This document shows, in pieces, positions 39,514 to 49,163 of a DNA stretch of 64,000 bases (the stretch's first letter is position 1; each line of letters opens with the position of its first letter). Made by a program: the position numbers and the translations under genes. The DNA comes from Symbiobacterium thermophilum. Lineage in GTDB: Bacteria > Bacillota > Sulfobacillia > DYFQ01. The stretch covers positions 2,392 to 66,391 of the forward strand of contig DYFQ01000006.1 of NCBI GenBank assembly GCA_020725105.1, in the 5' to 3' direction. The notes under the pieces are model-generated. The model saw nothing but the letters and a program-made list of their open reading frames with translations. It was not told the origin of the DNA and did no database searches.

Positions 39514-40509
39514 TCACCGCAGGACCTCCGGGAGGGCAATGTAAAGTTCCACCCCCGTCATGAACGCCTGGTAACCCTGGCGTTCCGCCGCCGCCGGCCG
39601 GGGCAGTCCGGCCGCCACGGCGGCTTCCAGGCTGGCCTGTCCCGCCCGCAGGTGGCCGGCAAGCTGCTCCAGGCGCCTGGCGGCGTCCAGGAGGGCCGGC
39701 GGCGGCGAGGCCACGTCCTGCAGGGCCTCCAGCGCCGAGCGGGTCTGGGTCTCGAGGGCGCCCAGCGCTTCGGCCGCCTGGGCCAGCCGGGTCCGGCCGG
39801 CGTCGGCGGTGAGGCGGCCCCGGTGGTAGTCCAGCCAGAACCCGTCCTGGCCCTGCAGGGCCAGCCATGCAGCTTCCCACGCCGCCTCGAGGGCGCGAAC
39901 GGCCGGTGCCGGGCCGGTCAGCCGGACCGGGCCCGGGTTGAGCAAGAGCCGCGCCACGAAGTTCTCGTACCCCTGGCGGCTGAGGGCGGCGGAGATGCCG
40001 CGGGTCCAGTCCTCGTCCCCGGAGTAGGCGGCGCGGATCTTGAACGGGGGACCCGGCAGCACCACGGCGGCCGTACCGCTTGTGTCGAGCCGCGCCCGGA
40101 GGGATTCGGCGTTGGACAGCTGGGAGAAGACTCCCAGCTGAACCGCGTACCAGGTGGCGGCGGGCAGCGAAACGGTGACTGACTCCGTCGCCGGCGGCGC
40201 CGCTGGAGGCTGGGAGGTGGCGGGCGCGGGCTGGGCGGCCGGCGGCTCGGTGGCCGGAGGCTGGGCCGTCGAGGGCGGCTCGGTGGCCGGGCCGGCATCG
40301 CCGCCGGTCCCTTCCGGGGCGGGGGTCACCAGGGACGGCAGGTCCCGGTCGCGCGCCCCGGCCAGCAGCACGGCCATGAAGTACCGGCCCAGGAGGGAGC
40401 CGACCACGAAGGCCAGCAGAGACAGGAAGAGCACGGTGGCCCAGAGGGCCAGCCGGCCCTGCCCCTTGACTCGCTTTCTCTTGCGCGAACGCCGGGTGAT
40501 GACCGGCAC
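39514..40509 (-). CDS. Membrane-anchored SPOR-domain protein with Pro/Ala/Thr-rich linker
   Basis: N-terminal TM (LALWATVLFLSLLAFVVGSLL), linker PATEPPSTAQPPATEPPAAQPAPATSQPPAAPPATE, SPOR domain WYAVQLGVFSQLSNAESLRARL. Confidence 0.6.
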   Translation of the reverse strand: MPVITRRSRKRKRVKGQGRLALWATVLFLSLLAFVVGSLLGRYFMAVLLAGARDRDLPSLVTPAPEGTGGDAGPATEPPSTAQPPATEPPAAQPAPATSQPPAAPPATESVTVSLPAATWYAVQLGVFSQLSNAESLRARLDTSGTAAVVLPGPPFKIRAAYSGDEDWTRGISAALSRQGYENFVARLLLNPGPVRLTGPAPAVRALEAAWEAAWLALQGQDGFWLDYHRGRLTADAGRTRLAQAAEALGALETQTRSALEALQDVASPPPALLDAARRLEQLAGHLRAGQASLEAAVAAGLPRPAAAERQGYQAFMTGVELYIALPEVLR

Positions 40510-40570
40510 GGCGCCAACCCTCCCGCCCGAGACGGGGCCCGAGATTCCTCACGGCCCACCGATCAGCCGC

Positions 40571-40981
40571 TCAGTCCGCCTGAACGGTCGCCAGTTCCCG
40601 CCCGGCGGCGTCCACGAAGACAAAGCGCCAGGGGGGCTTCCCGAGCCGGGCCCGGTCGACGCAGACGGCGTCCCGGGGCGCCGTGAGCACCATGATCACC
40701 ATCTCGTCGGGCCCGGGGTCACGAAAGGACAGTTCAACCCGGCATCCATCCGGCTGCCGCCGCACCGCCTCGATGCGCACGGCGTAGCCTCCGGACGGGC
40801 ACTCGCCCCGGGCCACGTCGAGCACCACGTAACGGCCAAGGTCCACCGGCGGGGGATCCGCAAAGGCCCCGGACCATTCCCCGGGGCCGGTGATCACCCG
40901 GTAGGCCGGGGTGTAAGGCGCCCGGGGAGTGGCCCGGGCCAGGCCCGGGTCCCTGAAGAAGGGTAGCGCTGCCTGGTCCAT
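40571..40981 (-). CDS. PrcB_C-domain family protein (protease complex subunit PrcB-like)
   Basis: 136 aa; GECPSGGYAVRIEAV resembles the PrcB_C P-T-G-G-Y signature. Assignment from memory of the family, moderate at best. Confidence 0.4.
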   Translation of the reverse strand: MDQAALPFFRDPGLARATPRAPYTPAYRVITGPGEWSGAFADPPPVDLGRYVVLDVARGECPSGGYAVRIEAVRRQPDGCRVELSFRDPGPDEMVIMVLTAPRDAVCVDRARLGKPPWRFVFVDAAGRELATVQAD

Positions 40982-41012
40982 GCCACTGCCTCCCTGCTTC
41001 GGCGCCCCGCGG

Positions 41013-42347
41013 TCAGAACTCCGGCGACACCGCTGCCTGGTCGGTGCCCAGGCGCTCCCGGAGCCACGGACGGGCCTCCCCGACCAGGTAGAGCGAGCCC
41101 GTGATACACAGCAATTCGCCGCGGCCCAGCCCGTCGAGCCCGCGCTCCAGCGCCTCGCCCACCGTCGGGGCCACCAGCACTTCGCCCCGGGTGTGGTTTC
41201 GCGCCAGCGCCGCCAGGGCCTCGGGAGCCATGGCCCGGGGACCGGGGGGCCGCGTGCAGACCACCCGGCCGGCCAGCGGGGCCAGGACCTTGACGATACC
41301 CGCGGCGTCCTTGTCGGCCAGGACGCCCAGGACCAGCACCAGCCGGGTCCAGGGGAAGAGGTCCTCGAGCGCGCGGGCCAGGGTCGCGGCCGCGGCCGGG
41401 TTGTGGGCGCCGTCGATCACGGCCATCGGGTTCCAGCTCATCACTTCCAGCCGGCCCGGCCAGCGGACTTCCTGCAGCCCGGCGCGGATGGCCGTCTCCC
41501 CGAGGTCCAGGCCCCGGGAGGAGAGCGCCTGGCAGGCGCAGATGGCGGCGGCGGCGTTCTGCTGCTGGTGCCGGCCGAGCAGGTACACGTACACGTTTTC
41601 CAGCCTCCCCAGCGGCCCCTCGAAGTGGATGATGGAACCGTGGTAGGAGGCGGACCGCTCCTCGAAGCGGTACTCCCGGTCCAGGCGAAAGAGGCGGTTC
41701 CCCTGTTCCCGCGCCACCGACTCGACAACGGCCAGGGCGTCCGGATCGGTGGCGCTGGTGACGGTCACGCCACCCGGCTTGATGATCCCGGCCTTCTCCC
41801 CGGCTATCTCGCCGACGGTCTGACCAAGCCGGTCGGTGTGGTCCAGGGCGACCTGGGTGATGACGGACGCCAGAGGGTCGGCCACCACGTTGGTGGCGTC
41901 GTACCGGCCGCCAAGCCCCACCTCGAGCACGACCACGTCCACGGCCTGGCGGGCAAAGTACAGAAACGCCACGGCGGTGATGAGTTCGAACTCGGTGGGC
42001 GACTCCTCCCCGGCGGCCACCATGGCCTCGACCGCCGGCCGGACCTCCGACACCAGCCTCGCCAGATCAGGCTGGGCGATGAACTGCCGGTTGACCTGGA
42101 TCCGCTCGCGGAAGTCTTCGACGTAGGGTGAGATGTAAAGCCCGGTGCGCAGCCCCGCGGCCTGGAAGATGGACGCCAGCATGGCGGAGACGGAGCCCTT
42201 GCCGTTGGTCCCGCCGACGTGGACGACCCTCAGCCCGTCGTGGGGCCGGCCAAGCCGGTCAAGCAGCGACCTGACCCGTTCCAGGCCCAGCCGGACCCCG
42301 AACCGCTGAAAGCCGTGGATGTAGGCCAGAGCTTCCCTGTATTCCAC
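41013..42347 (-). CDS. folC: Bifunctional folylpolyglutamate synthase/dihydrofolate synthase FolC
   Basis: YREALAYIHGFQRFGVRLGLERV...HVGGTNGKGS (Mur-ligase P-loop). Start inferred at GTG ~42347 after GGGAGG; the 221-aa upstream extension of the track ORF is rejected. Confidence 0.85.
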   Translation of the reverse strand: MEYREALAYIHGFQRFGVRLGLERVRSLLDRLGRPHDGLRVVHVGGTNGKGSVSAMLASIFQAAGLRTGLYISPYVEDFRERIQVNRQFIAQPDLARLVSEVRPAVEAMVAAGEESPTEFELITAVAFLYFARQAVDVVVLEVGLGGRYDATNVVADPLASVITQVALDHTDRLGQTVGEIAGEKAGIIKPGGVTVTSATDPDALAVVESVAREQGNRLFRLDREYRFEERSASYHGSIIHFEGPLGRLENVYVYLLGRHQQQNAAAAICACQALSSRGLDLGETAIRAGLQEVRWPGRLEVMSWNPMAVIDGAHNPAAAATLARALEDLFPWTRLVLVLGVLADKDAAGIVKVLAPLAGRVVCTRPPGPRAMAPEALAALARNHTRGEVLVAPTVGEALERGLDGLGRGELLCITGSLYLVGEARPWLRERLGTDQAAVSPEF

Positions 42348-42564
42348 TGCCAGCCTCCCGCCCGCCGTGCCCGTCTGCCCTCCCTTTCCCCGGCGCGGCG
42401 CGGTTTCCCTGTCCCCGGCGCGGCGCGGTTTCCCCGTCGCCGGGGGGCTTGACGGCACGGCCACCCTTCTTGATCCAAGCTTTATCCTGCCGCCACCCCT
42501 CCTGAACGGGACAGGGCTACGATGCCCCCGGAACGACCAATGGCACGGAAGGAGTGAAGACGTC

Positions 42565-43122
42565 ATGCAGAGCTTCAAGGCAGTCCGGACCCGTGTCGTC
42601 GTGGCGGTGGTCGCCGTTCTGGCGGTGGCCCTGGCGGCCGGGCCGGCCCTGGCCGCCGGCTGGGGCCGCGGGATGGCGTGGGGCGGCACCGGCCGCACCG
42701 GCATCCCGGCCCAGCGGCCGATGGCGCCGATGATGGGTACGCAGGCCATGCTGGGCCTCGACACCGTGGCCAAACTGCTGGGCGAGGACCCCGCCACCAT
42801 CGCCGCCGAGCGGCAGGGCGGCAAGTCCCTGGCCGAGATCGCCGCGGCCCGGGGCGTCAGCGAGGAAGCGCTGGTCCAGGCGCTCCTGGACGCCCACCGG
42901 GCGGCCCTTGACGCCGCCGCGGCGGCCGGCCGGATCACCCGGGAGCAGGCCGACGCCATGCTCGGGGTAATGGGGGAGCGCATCGCCCAGGCGATCCACC
43001 GGACCGACACCGGCCCCTTCGGGCGCGGTTTCGGGCGCGGAGCGGGCCTCGGCCGGGGTGCGCGTCACGGGGTCTGCCCCTTCAGCAATACCCCGCCGGC
43101 CTCGGACGCGACGAACCAGTAA
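42565..43122 (+). CDS. Secreted hypothetical protein (signal peptide; possible DUF2680/YckD-like helical domain; Gly-Arg C-terminal repeat)
   Basis: ATG 42565 after GGAAGGAG; signal peptide MQSFKAVRTRVVVAVVAVLAVALAAGPALAAG; GRITREQADAML resembles the DUF2680 'GxITxEQAD' motif; C-terminal GRGFGRGAGLGRGARHG. Confidence 0.5.
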   Translation: MQSFKAVRTRVVVAVVAVLAVALAAGPALAAGWGRGMAWGGTGRTGIPAQRPMAPMMGTQAMLGLDTVAKLLGEDPATIAAERQGGKSLAEIAAARGVSEEALVQALLDAHRAALDAAAAAGRITREQADAMLGVMGERIAQAIHRTDTGPFGRGFGRGAGLGRGARHGVCPFSNTPPASDATNQ

Positions 43123-43192
43123 CGGCAATGCGTGACGGCCGGCAGTAAACGGGTTGACCAGGTCCCAGGGGAGGCGCGGCGGCCCGGGCATC

Positions 43193-45904
43193 CTAATCCC
43201 GGAGCCCGGCCAGCCGCGCCTTCAGCCGCTGGACGAGTTCCTCCGCCTCCGCCGCCTTCTGCTCCTCACGCCGCACCACTTCTTCCGGGGCGCGCGAGCG
43301 GAACATGGGGTCCCCCAGCCGCTGGCGGGCCCGGGCGAGGGTCGTGGCGGCCGCGGCCAGATCCTTCTCCAGCCGGGCGATCTCCCGGTCGAGGTCCACC
43401 AGACCCGCCAGGGGGAGGTAGATCTCGCAGCCGGGAACCACCGCCGCCAGGGCCTGGGGCGGTGGCCCCTGCCCGGGCCTGGCTGCCGACAGGTCCAGCC
43501 GGCCGGCGGCGGCGAGGCGCGCCACGTAGTCGCGGGCCCCGTCGAGCACCGCCAGGGCCTCCGGCGACGTCGCCCGCAGGACGGCATAGGCCCGCCGGGT
43601 CGGGGGCAGGTTCACCTCGGAGCGGAGGTTTCTGAGGGCCCTCGTGACCGCCATGACCAGTTCCATCCGGCTCTCGGCCTCGGCGTCGGCCAGCGCCGCG
43701 TCCGGGGCGGGCCACGGCGCCAGGGCCAGGGTTTCTCGATCCCCTCGCCGGCGCGGCAGCCGCTGCCAGACGTCCTCCGACAGAAACGGCATGAAGGGGT
43801 GCAGGAGCCGCATGGTCCCCTCCATGACCTGCCAGAGGGTCTGCTGCGCCACCCGGCGCGCGGCCGGGCCGTCACCGTAGAGCCTGGCCTTGGCAAGCTC
43901 GATGTACCAGTCGCAGAGCTCGGACCAGACGAAGTCGTAGAGCACGCGGGCGGCCTCGCCAAGTTCGAACCGGTCCAGCAGCCGGGTGACCTCGCCGGCG
44001 GCCCGCCGGTAGCGGGAGAGAATCCAGCGGTCGGCCAGTTCCAGCCCGTCCGGTCGCGCCTCGCCCGCCGCCGCCTCGCCCGGCCCGGAGGGCTCGAAGT
44101 CGGCCAGGTTCTGCAGGGTGAACCGGGCGGCGTTCCAGATCTTGTTGGCGAAATTCCGGGCGCCCTCGATCTTCTCGCTCGAGTAACGCATGTCGTTGCC
44201 CGGCGTGTTCCCGGTGATGAGCGACCACCGGAGGGTGTCGGCCCCCACCGCCTCGATGATCTCCAGCGGGTCCATGGCGTTGCCCCGGGACTTGGACATC
44301 TTGCGGCCCTCGGCGTCCCGGATGAGCCCGTGGAGGAACACCGTCCGGAAGGGCACCTCCCTCATGAACTCCAGGCCCATGAACATCATCCGCGCCACCC
44401 AGAAGAACAGGATGTCGTAACCGGTCACCAGCACCGAGGTGGGATAGAACACCTCCAGGTCCCGGGTGCGCTCGGGCCAGCCCAGAGTGGAGAAGGGCCA
44501 CAGCGCCGAGGAAAACCAGGTGTCGAGCACGTCGGGGTCCTGCACCAGGTCCCCTGAGCCGCACTCGGCGCAGGCGGCGGGGGCTTCGGTGTCCACCGTC
44601 AGGTGGCCGGCCTGGCAGGTCCAGGCGGGGATGCGGTGGCCCCACCACAGCTGCCGCGACACCGGCCAGTCCCGGATGTTCTCCAGCCAGTGGAAGTACA
44701 CTTTTTCGAAGCGCTCGGGGACGATCCGGGTCCGGCCGTCCCGCACGGCGGCCATGGCCGGCTCGGCCAGGGGCCGCGTCTTCACGAACCACTGGCGGGA
44801 CACCAGCGGCTCCACCACCGTCTCGCAGCGGTAGCAGTGGCCCACCGCGTGCCGGTGGGGCTCCACCTTCTCGAGATGGCCCTCGGCCTGGAGTTGCCGC
44901 ACCAGGGCTTCCCGGCAGGCGTGGCGGTCCAGGCCCGCGTACGGCCCGGCCTCGGCCGTCATCCTGGCGTCCTCGTCGATGGCCTTCACCAGGCCCAGGC
45001 CGTGCCGGCGGCCCAGTTCGAAGTCGTCGGGGTCGTGGGCCGGGGTCACCTTCACCGCGCCGGTGCCGAACTCCCGGTCCACCCACGGGTCGGCGACGAT
45101 GGGCAGCCGCCGCCCCAGCACCGGCAGGAGGGCGGTGCGGCCCACCTGGTCCCGGTACCGCGGGTCGTCGGGGTGCACCGCCACGCCGGTGTCCCCCAGC
45201 ATGGTCTCGGGGCGGGTGGTGGCCACGGAGATGGAGCCGCCGCCCTCCACCGGGTAACGGACGGTGTAGAGCTTGCCGTCGTGCTCCTCGTGCTCCACCT
45301 CGAGATCGGCCAGGGTGGTCCGGCAGCGGGGGCACCAGTTGACGATGTACTCGCCCCGGTAGATGAGGCCGCGCCGGTAGAGGTGGACAAACACCTCCCG
45401 CACCGCCCGGGAGCGGGGCTCGTCAAGGGTGAAGGCGGTGCGGGACCAGTCGCACGAGGCCCCCAGCCGCTTCAGCTGGCCCAGGATGGTCGCCTCGTAC
45501 TCATCCTTCCAGGCCCACACCCGCTCCAGAAACCGCTCCCGGCCCAGTTCCTGCCGGTTCAGGCCCTCCTCGGCCAGGCGCTTCTCCACCACGTACTGGG
45601 TAGCGATGCCGGCGTGGTCGGTGCCGGGCAGCCACAGGGTCTCGTAGCCCTGCATCCGCCGCCAGCGGATTAGGACGTCCTGAATGGTGTTGTCGAGCGC
45701 GTGCCCCATGTGCAGCGACCCGGTGACGTTGGGCGGTGGGATCACGATGCAGTAGGGTTCCCGGCCGGACTCGGGATCAGCCCGGAAGGTGTCCGATTCC
45801 AGCCAGTGCCGGGTCCACCGCTCCTCCGCCGCCCGGAAGTCGTAAGTGGGCGGGAGGTCGGCCGGATCCGGCCGGTCCGGAGACCGGGCCGCTCGGGACG
45901 ACAT
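43193..45904 (-). CDS. valS: Valine--tRNA ligase
   Basis: 903 aa; PPPNVTGSLHMGHAL (HIGH), KMSKS, C-terminal coiled coil. Confidence 0.95.
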   Translation of the reverse strand: MSSRAARSPDRPDPADLPPTYDFRAAEERWTRHWLESDTFRADPESGREPYCIVIPPPNVTGSLHMGHALDNTIQDVLIRWRRMQGYETLWLPGTDHAGIATQYVVEKRLAEEGLNRQELGRERFLERVWAWKDEYEATILGQLKRLGASCDWSRTAFTLDEPRSRAVREVFVHLYRRGLIYRGEYIVNWCPRCRTTLADLEVEHEEHDGKLYTVRYPVEGGGSISVATTRPETMLGDTGVAVHPDDPRYRDQVGRTALLPVLGRRLPIVADPWVDREFGTGAVKVTPAHDPDDFELGRRHGLGLVKAIDEDARMTAEAGPYAGLDRHACREALVRQLQAEGHLEKVEPHRHAVGHCYRCETVVEPLVSRQWFVKTRPLAEPAMAAVRDGRTRIVPERFEKVYFHWLENIRDWPVSRQLWWGHRIPAWTCQAGHLTVDTEAPAACAECGSGDLVQDPDVLDTWFSSALWPFSTLGWPERTRDLEVFYPTSVLVTGYDILFFWVARMMFMGLEFMREVPFRTVFLHGLIRDAEGRKMSKSRGNAMDPLEIIEAVGADTLRWSLITGNTPGNDMRYSSEKIEGARNFANKIWNAARFTLQNLADFEPSGPGEAAAGEARPDGLELADRWILSRYRRAAGEVTRLLDRFELGEAARVLYDFVWSELCDWYIELAKARLYGDGPAARRVAQQTLWQVMEGTMRLLHPFMPFLSEDVWQRLPRRRGDRETLALAPWPAPDAALADAEAESRMELVMAVTRALRNLRSEVNLPPTRRAYAVLRATSPEALAVLDGARDYVARLAAAGRLDLSAARPGQGPPPQALAAVVPGCEIYLPLAGLVDLDREIARLEKDLAAAATTLARARQRLGDPMFRSRAPEEVVRREEQKAAEAEELVQRLKARLAGLRD

Positions 45905-46235
45905 GCCGGATCACCTCCACAAAAGCTTGCGGGGGCTCTGCCCGCTGGAAACTCGAACGTCCCCTCGCCCAAAGGGCGAAAGGGGACGTCTTTCGCGGTA
46001 CCACCTTTGTTCCTGGTCCGTGCCCCGCCAGGGGGCGGACCCGGCCCTCGGCGCGCCGCTAACGGGGCGCGGACCGGCCGAGCCTGACAGCCCTTCAGCC
46101 CGGCGGCTCGGGGGCGACCTTCGGCGGTAGTACCCCGGGGAACCTTGCAGCCGGTGAGTTCCCCTCGCTGGGAGGCCTGGGCCGCCTACTCCTCCCCGTC
46201 GTCGCCGCGCGACGGCCCATGCGAGCACGGGCCGT
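45905..46235 (-). ncRNA. T-box riboswitch leader of valS
   Basis: mRNA reads AACAAAGGUGGUACCGCGAAAGAC (plus strand cgcggtaccacc at 45993-46004), followed by the terminator GACGUCCCCUUUCGCCCUUUGGGCGAGGGGACGUU (45955-45990); K-turn-like GGAGGAGUAGG upstream. Confidence 0.7.
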
Positions 46236-46250
46236 GAATGAAGTTACCAC

Positions 46251-46279
46251 GATTTTAGCCCGGGGTCGGGGCGGTGTCA
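46251..46279 (-). promoter_or_regulatory. Sigma-A promoter TTGACA-17-TAAAAT for the valS T-box leader
   Basis: Minus strand reads gggTTGACAccgccccgaccccgggcTAAAATcg. Confidence 0.45.
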
Positions 46280-46400
46280 ACCCGGCCAACCCGGCAGCGG
46301 TACCCAGACCGGCCAGAAGTAGTCAAGGCACGGCGGCAGGAGACCCTCCGGAGGTCACGAATGCTTGACCGCTGCGCTCTAGAGAGGAGGACTTGCACGA

Positions 46401-47498
46401 GTGAAAAGGTACAGGCGTTTGGGGACGCTGGTGGCACTGGGCCTGGCAGCGCTGCTGGTGCTCTCGGGCTGCCGGCCGGCGGCGGAGGCCCCTCCGCCCG
46501 CGGGCGAGGCGCCGGCACCCAAGCTCAGGGTCGGCATCGTATACGACGTGGGTGGCCGCGGAGACCTTTCCTTCAACGACATGGCCTACGCCGGGCTGGA
46601 GCGGGCCCAGCGGGAGTTCGGGGACCGGATCGAGACCAGGGACCTGGAACCCGCCGCGGGCGGCGAGAACCGCGAGGAGCTCTTGCGCCTGCTGGCCAGC
46701 GAAGGCTACGACCTGATCTTCGGCATCGGCTTTCTGTTCACCGACAGCATCGAACGGGTGGCCAAGGAGTTCCCCAACGTCAAGTTCGGCCTGGTGGACG
46801 GCTTCATCGCCGACCTCGGACCCCAGTCCAACGTGGTCTGCCTGCTCTTCAACGAGCACGAGGGCTCGTTCCTGGTGGGCGCCGCGGCGGCGCTGAAGTC
46901 CAAGACGGGCAAGGTCGGCTTCGTCGGCGGGATGCGGATCCCCCTCATCGAGAAGTTCGAGGCGGGTTACATCGCCGGCGCCAAGTACGTGAACCCGGCC
47001 ATCGAGGTCTTCTCCGACTACGCCGGCACCACCGGCGAGGCCTTCCGCGACCCGGTGAAAGGCCGTGAACTGGCCCTGTCCCACTACGACCGCGGGGCCG
47101 ACATCATCTACCACGCCTCGGGCGGGACCGGCATCGGCGTCTTCGAGGCGGCGGTGGAGAAGAACAAGCTGGCCATCGGGGTCGACGCCGACCAGTCGCT
47201 GACGGTCAAGCCTGATCAGCGGGCCCACATCCTGACCAGCATGATGAAGCGGGTGGACGTGTCGGTCTACGAGACCATCAAGGCGCTGGTGGAACAGCGC
47301 TTTGAGGGCGGTTACCGCAACTTCGGCCTGGCCGACGACGGTGTGGGCTACGCCGAGAATCAGTACAACCGGGACACGATCGCCGACATCAAGCCCGAAC
47401 TGGAGCGACTGAAGCAGAAGATCGTGGCCGGGGAGATCAAGGTGCCCTCCAGCCGCAAGGAACTGGAGGCCTTCCTCGAGACCCTGCCAACCCGCTAA
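46401..47498 (+). CDS. BMP-family (PnrA/Med-like) ABC transporter substrate-binding lipoprotein, nucleoside-type
   Basis: GTG start after GAGAGGAGG; lipobox LVLSGC; BMP-family fold. Confidence 0.85.
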   Translation: MKRYRRLGTLVALGLAALLVLSGCRPAAEAPPPAGEAPAPKLRVGIVYDVGGRGDLSFNDMAYAGLERAQREFGDRIETRDLEPAAGGENREELLRLLASEGYDLIFGIGFLFTDSIERVAKEFPNVKFGLVDGFIADLGPQSNVVCLLFNEHEGSFLVGAAAALKSKTGKVGFVGGMRIPLIEKFEAGYIAGAKYVNPAIEVFSDYAGTTGEAFRDPVKGRELALSHYDRGADIIYHASGGTGIGVFEAAVEKNKLAIGVDADQSLTVKPDQRAHILTSMMKRVDVSVYETIKALVEQRFEGGYRNFGLADDGVGYAENQYNRDTIADIKPELERLKQKIVAGEIKVPSSRKELEAFLETLPTR

Positions 47499-47621
47499 CG
47501 GTGGACGCGGCAAAGGGGTGGGGATCCCGGCGGCTCCCACCCTTGCCGTGTTTTGCCGCCTGAGGTGCCGGGGCCGGGTGACCGGCCCCGGCCGCGCGGG
47601 CCGGAGGGATCAGGTGGCGGC

Positions 47622-49163
47622 TTGAACGAGTTCTTGCTTGAACTGCGGGGCATCACCAAGCGCTTTCCGGGTGTCGTGGCCAACGACGACATCCACCTCC
47701 GGGTGCGCCGGGGGGAGATCCACGCCGTCGTCGGCGAAAACGGGGCCGGCAAGTCCACCCTGATGAAGATCCTCTACGGCCTCTACCAGCCCGACGAGGG
47801 CCAGATCCTGCTGCACGGAGCCCCGACCGCCATCCCCCACCCCCGGGCCGCGCTGGGGCTCGGGATCGGCATGGTGCACCAGCACTTCATGCTGATCCCC
47901 CGGTTCACCGTGGCCGAGAACGTGGTCCTGGGCTCCGAGCGGGCCGCCTGGGGCATCCTTCACCCCCGCCGGGCCGAGGCGGAGGTGGCGGCGCTCTGCC
48001 GCCGGTACGGGCTGGCCCTGGATCCCGCGGCCGAGGTGGGCGGCCTCTCCGTAGGGGAGCAGCAACGGGTCGAGATCCTCAAGGTGCTCTACCGGGGGGC
48101 CGGACTCCTCATCCTGGACGAGCCCACGGCGGTGCTGGCCCCTCAGGAGGTCGCCGAACTCTTCGCCAACCTGCGCCGCCTCAAGGAGCAGGGCAAGACC
48201 ATCATCTTCATCAGCCACAAGCTCCAGGAGGTCCTGGAGATCGCCGACCAGATCACGGTGCTGCGCCGGGGCAGGGTGGTCGGCAGCGTGCCGGCGGCCG
48301 GAACCACCCGGGCCGGGCTGGCCGAGATGATGGTGGGTCGCCCCGTGCTCCTGGAACTCCAGCGTCCCGACACGACCCCCGGCGAGGTCCGCCTGGCCGC
48401 CGAGGGACTGTCGGTGGCCGGCAGCCGGGGCCGGCCCGCCGTTCGCGGGGTGTCGTTTTCCGTGCGGGCCGGCGAGATCTACGGCCTCGCCGGCGTGGAA
48501 GGCAACGGCCAGAGTGAGCTCTCCGAAGCCCTGGTGGGCCTGCGGCCCATCACCGCCGGGCGCCTGCTGATCGCCGGGCGCGACGCCACCGGCCTGTCCC
48601 CCCGGGAGGTGCGCCTGCTGGGCGTGGCCCACATCCCCGAGGACCGTCACCGGCGCGGCCTGGTGCTGCCCATGGAGGTCTACGAAAACATGATCCTGGG
48701 CCACCACTTCCGGCCGGTCTTCAACCGGGGCCCGCTGCTGGCGGCGGCGGAAGCCAGGGCCTTTGCCGCCGAGCGGGTGAAGAAGTACGACGTCCGGGTC
48801 CCGTCGGTCCGCACCCCGGCCCTGGCGCTTTCCGGCGGCAACCAGCAGAAGGCGGTGGTCGCCCGGGAGTTCAGCTTCGAGCCGCGGGTGCTGGTGGCGG
48901 CCCAGCCCACCCGGGGGCTGGACATCGGGGCTACCGAGTTCGTCGGGCAGGAACTGCTCCGGGCCAAGGAGCGGGGCATGGCCGTGGTGCTGGTGTCGTC
49001 GGACCTGGACGAGGTGCTGGCCCTGGCCGACCGCGTCGGGGTCATGTATAACGGCGAACTGGTGGCCGAGTTCAGGGCCGGCGAGGTCACCCTGGCCGAA
49101 CTGGGCCTGTACATGACGGGCGCCCGGCGGCAAGCGGAGCCGGGAGGTGAGCCGGCGCCGTGA
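47622..49163 (+). CDS. ABC transporter ATP-binding protein with duplicated ATPase domains (nucleoside/sugar type)
   Basis: Two Walker A motifs (GENGAGKST; GVEGNGQSE-type) and LSGGNQQK signature; start inferred at TTG 47622 after GGAGGGA; the track ORF starts at 47553. Confidence 0.85.
   Translation: MNEFLLELRGITKRFPGVVANDDIHLRVRRGEIHAVVGENGAGKSTLMKILYGLYQPDEGQILLHGAPTAIPHPRAALGLGIGMVHQHFMLIPRFTVAENVVLGSERAAWGILHPRRAEAEVAALCRRYGLALDPAAEVGGLSVGEQQRVEILKVLYRGAGLLILDEPTAVLAPQEVAELFANLRRLKEQGKTIIFISHKLQEVLEIADQITVLRRGRVVGSVPAAGTTRAGLAEMMVGRPVLLELQRPDTTPGEVRLAAEGLSVAGSRGRPAVRGVSFSVRAGEIYGLAGVEGNGQSELSEALVGLRPITAGRLLIAGRDATGLSPREVRLLGVAHIPEDRHRRGLVLPMEVYENMILGHHFRPVFNRGPLLAAAEARAFAAERVKKYDVRVPSVRTPALALSGGNQQKAVVAREFSFEPRVLVAAQPTRGLDIGATEFVGQELLRAKERGMAVVLVSSDLDEVLALADRVGVMYNGELVAEFRAGEVTLAELGLYMTGARRQAEPGGEPAP

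Noticed and set aside
42348-43010. 221-aa N-terminal extension of the folC ORF
   Set aside because: FolC homology begins at VEYREALAYIHGF, with GTG and GGGAGG immediately upstream; the extension overlaps the divergent secreted-protein gene and is low-complexity.
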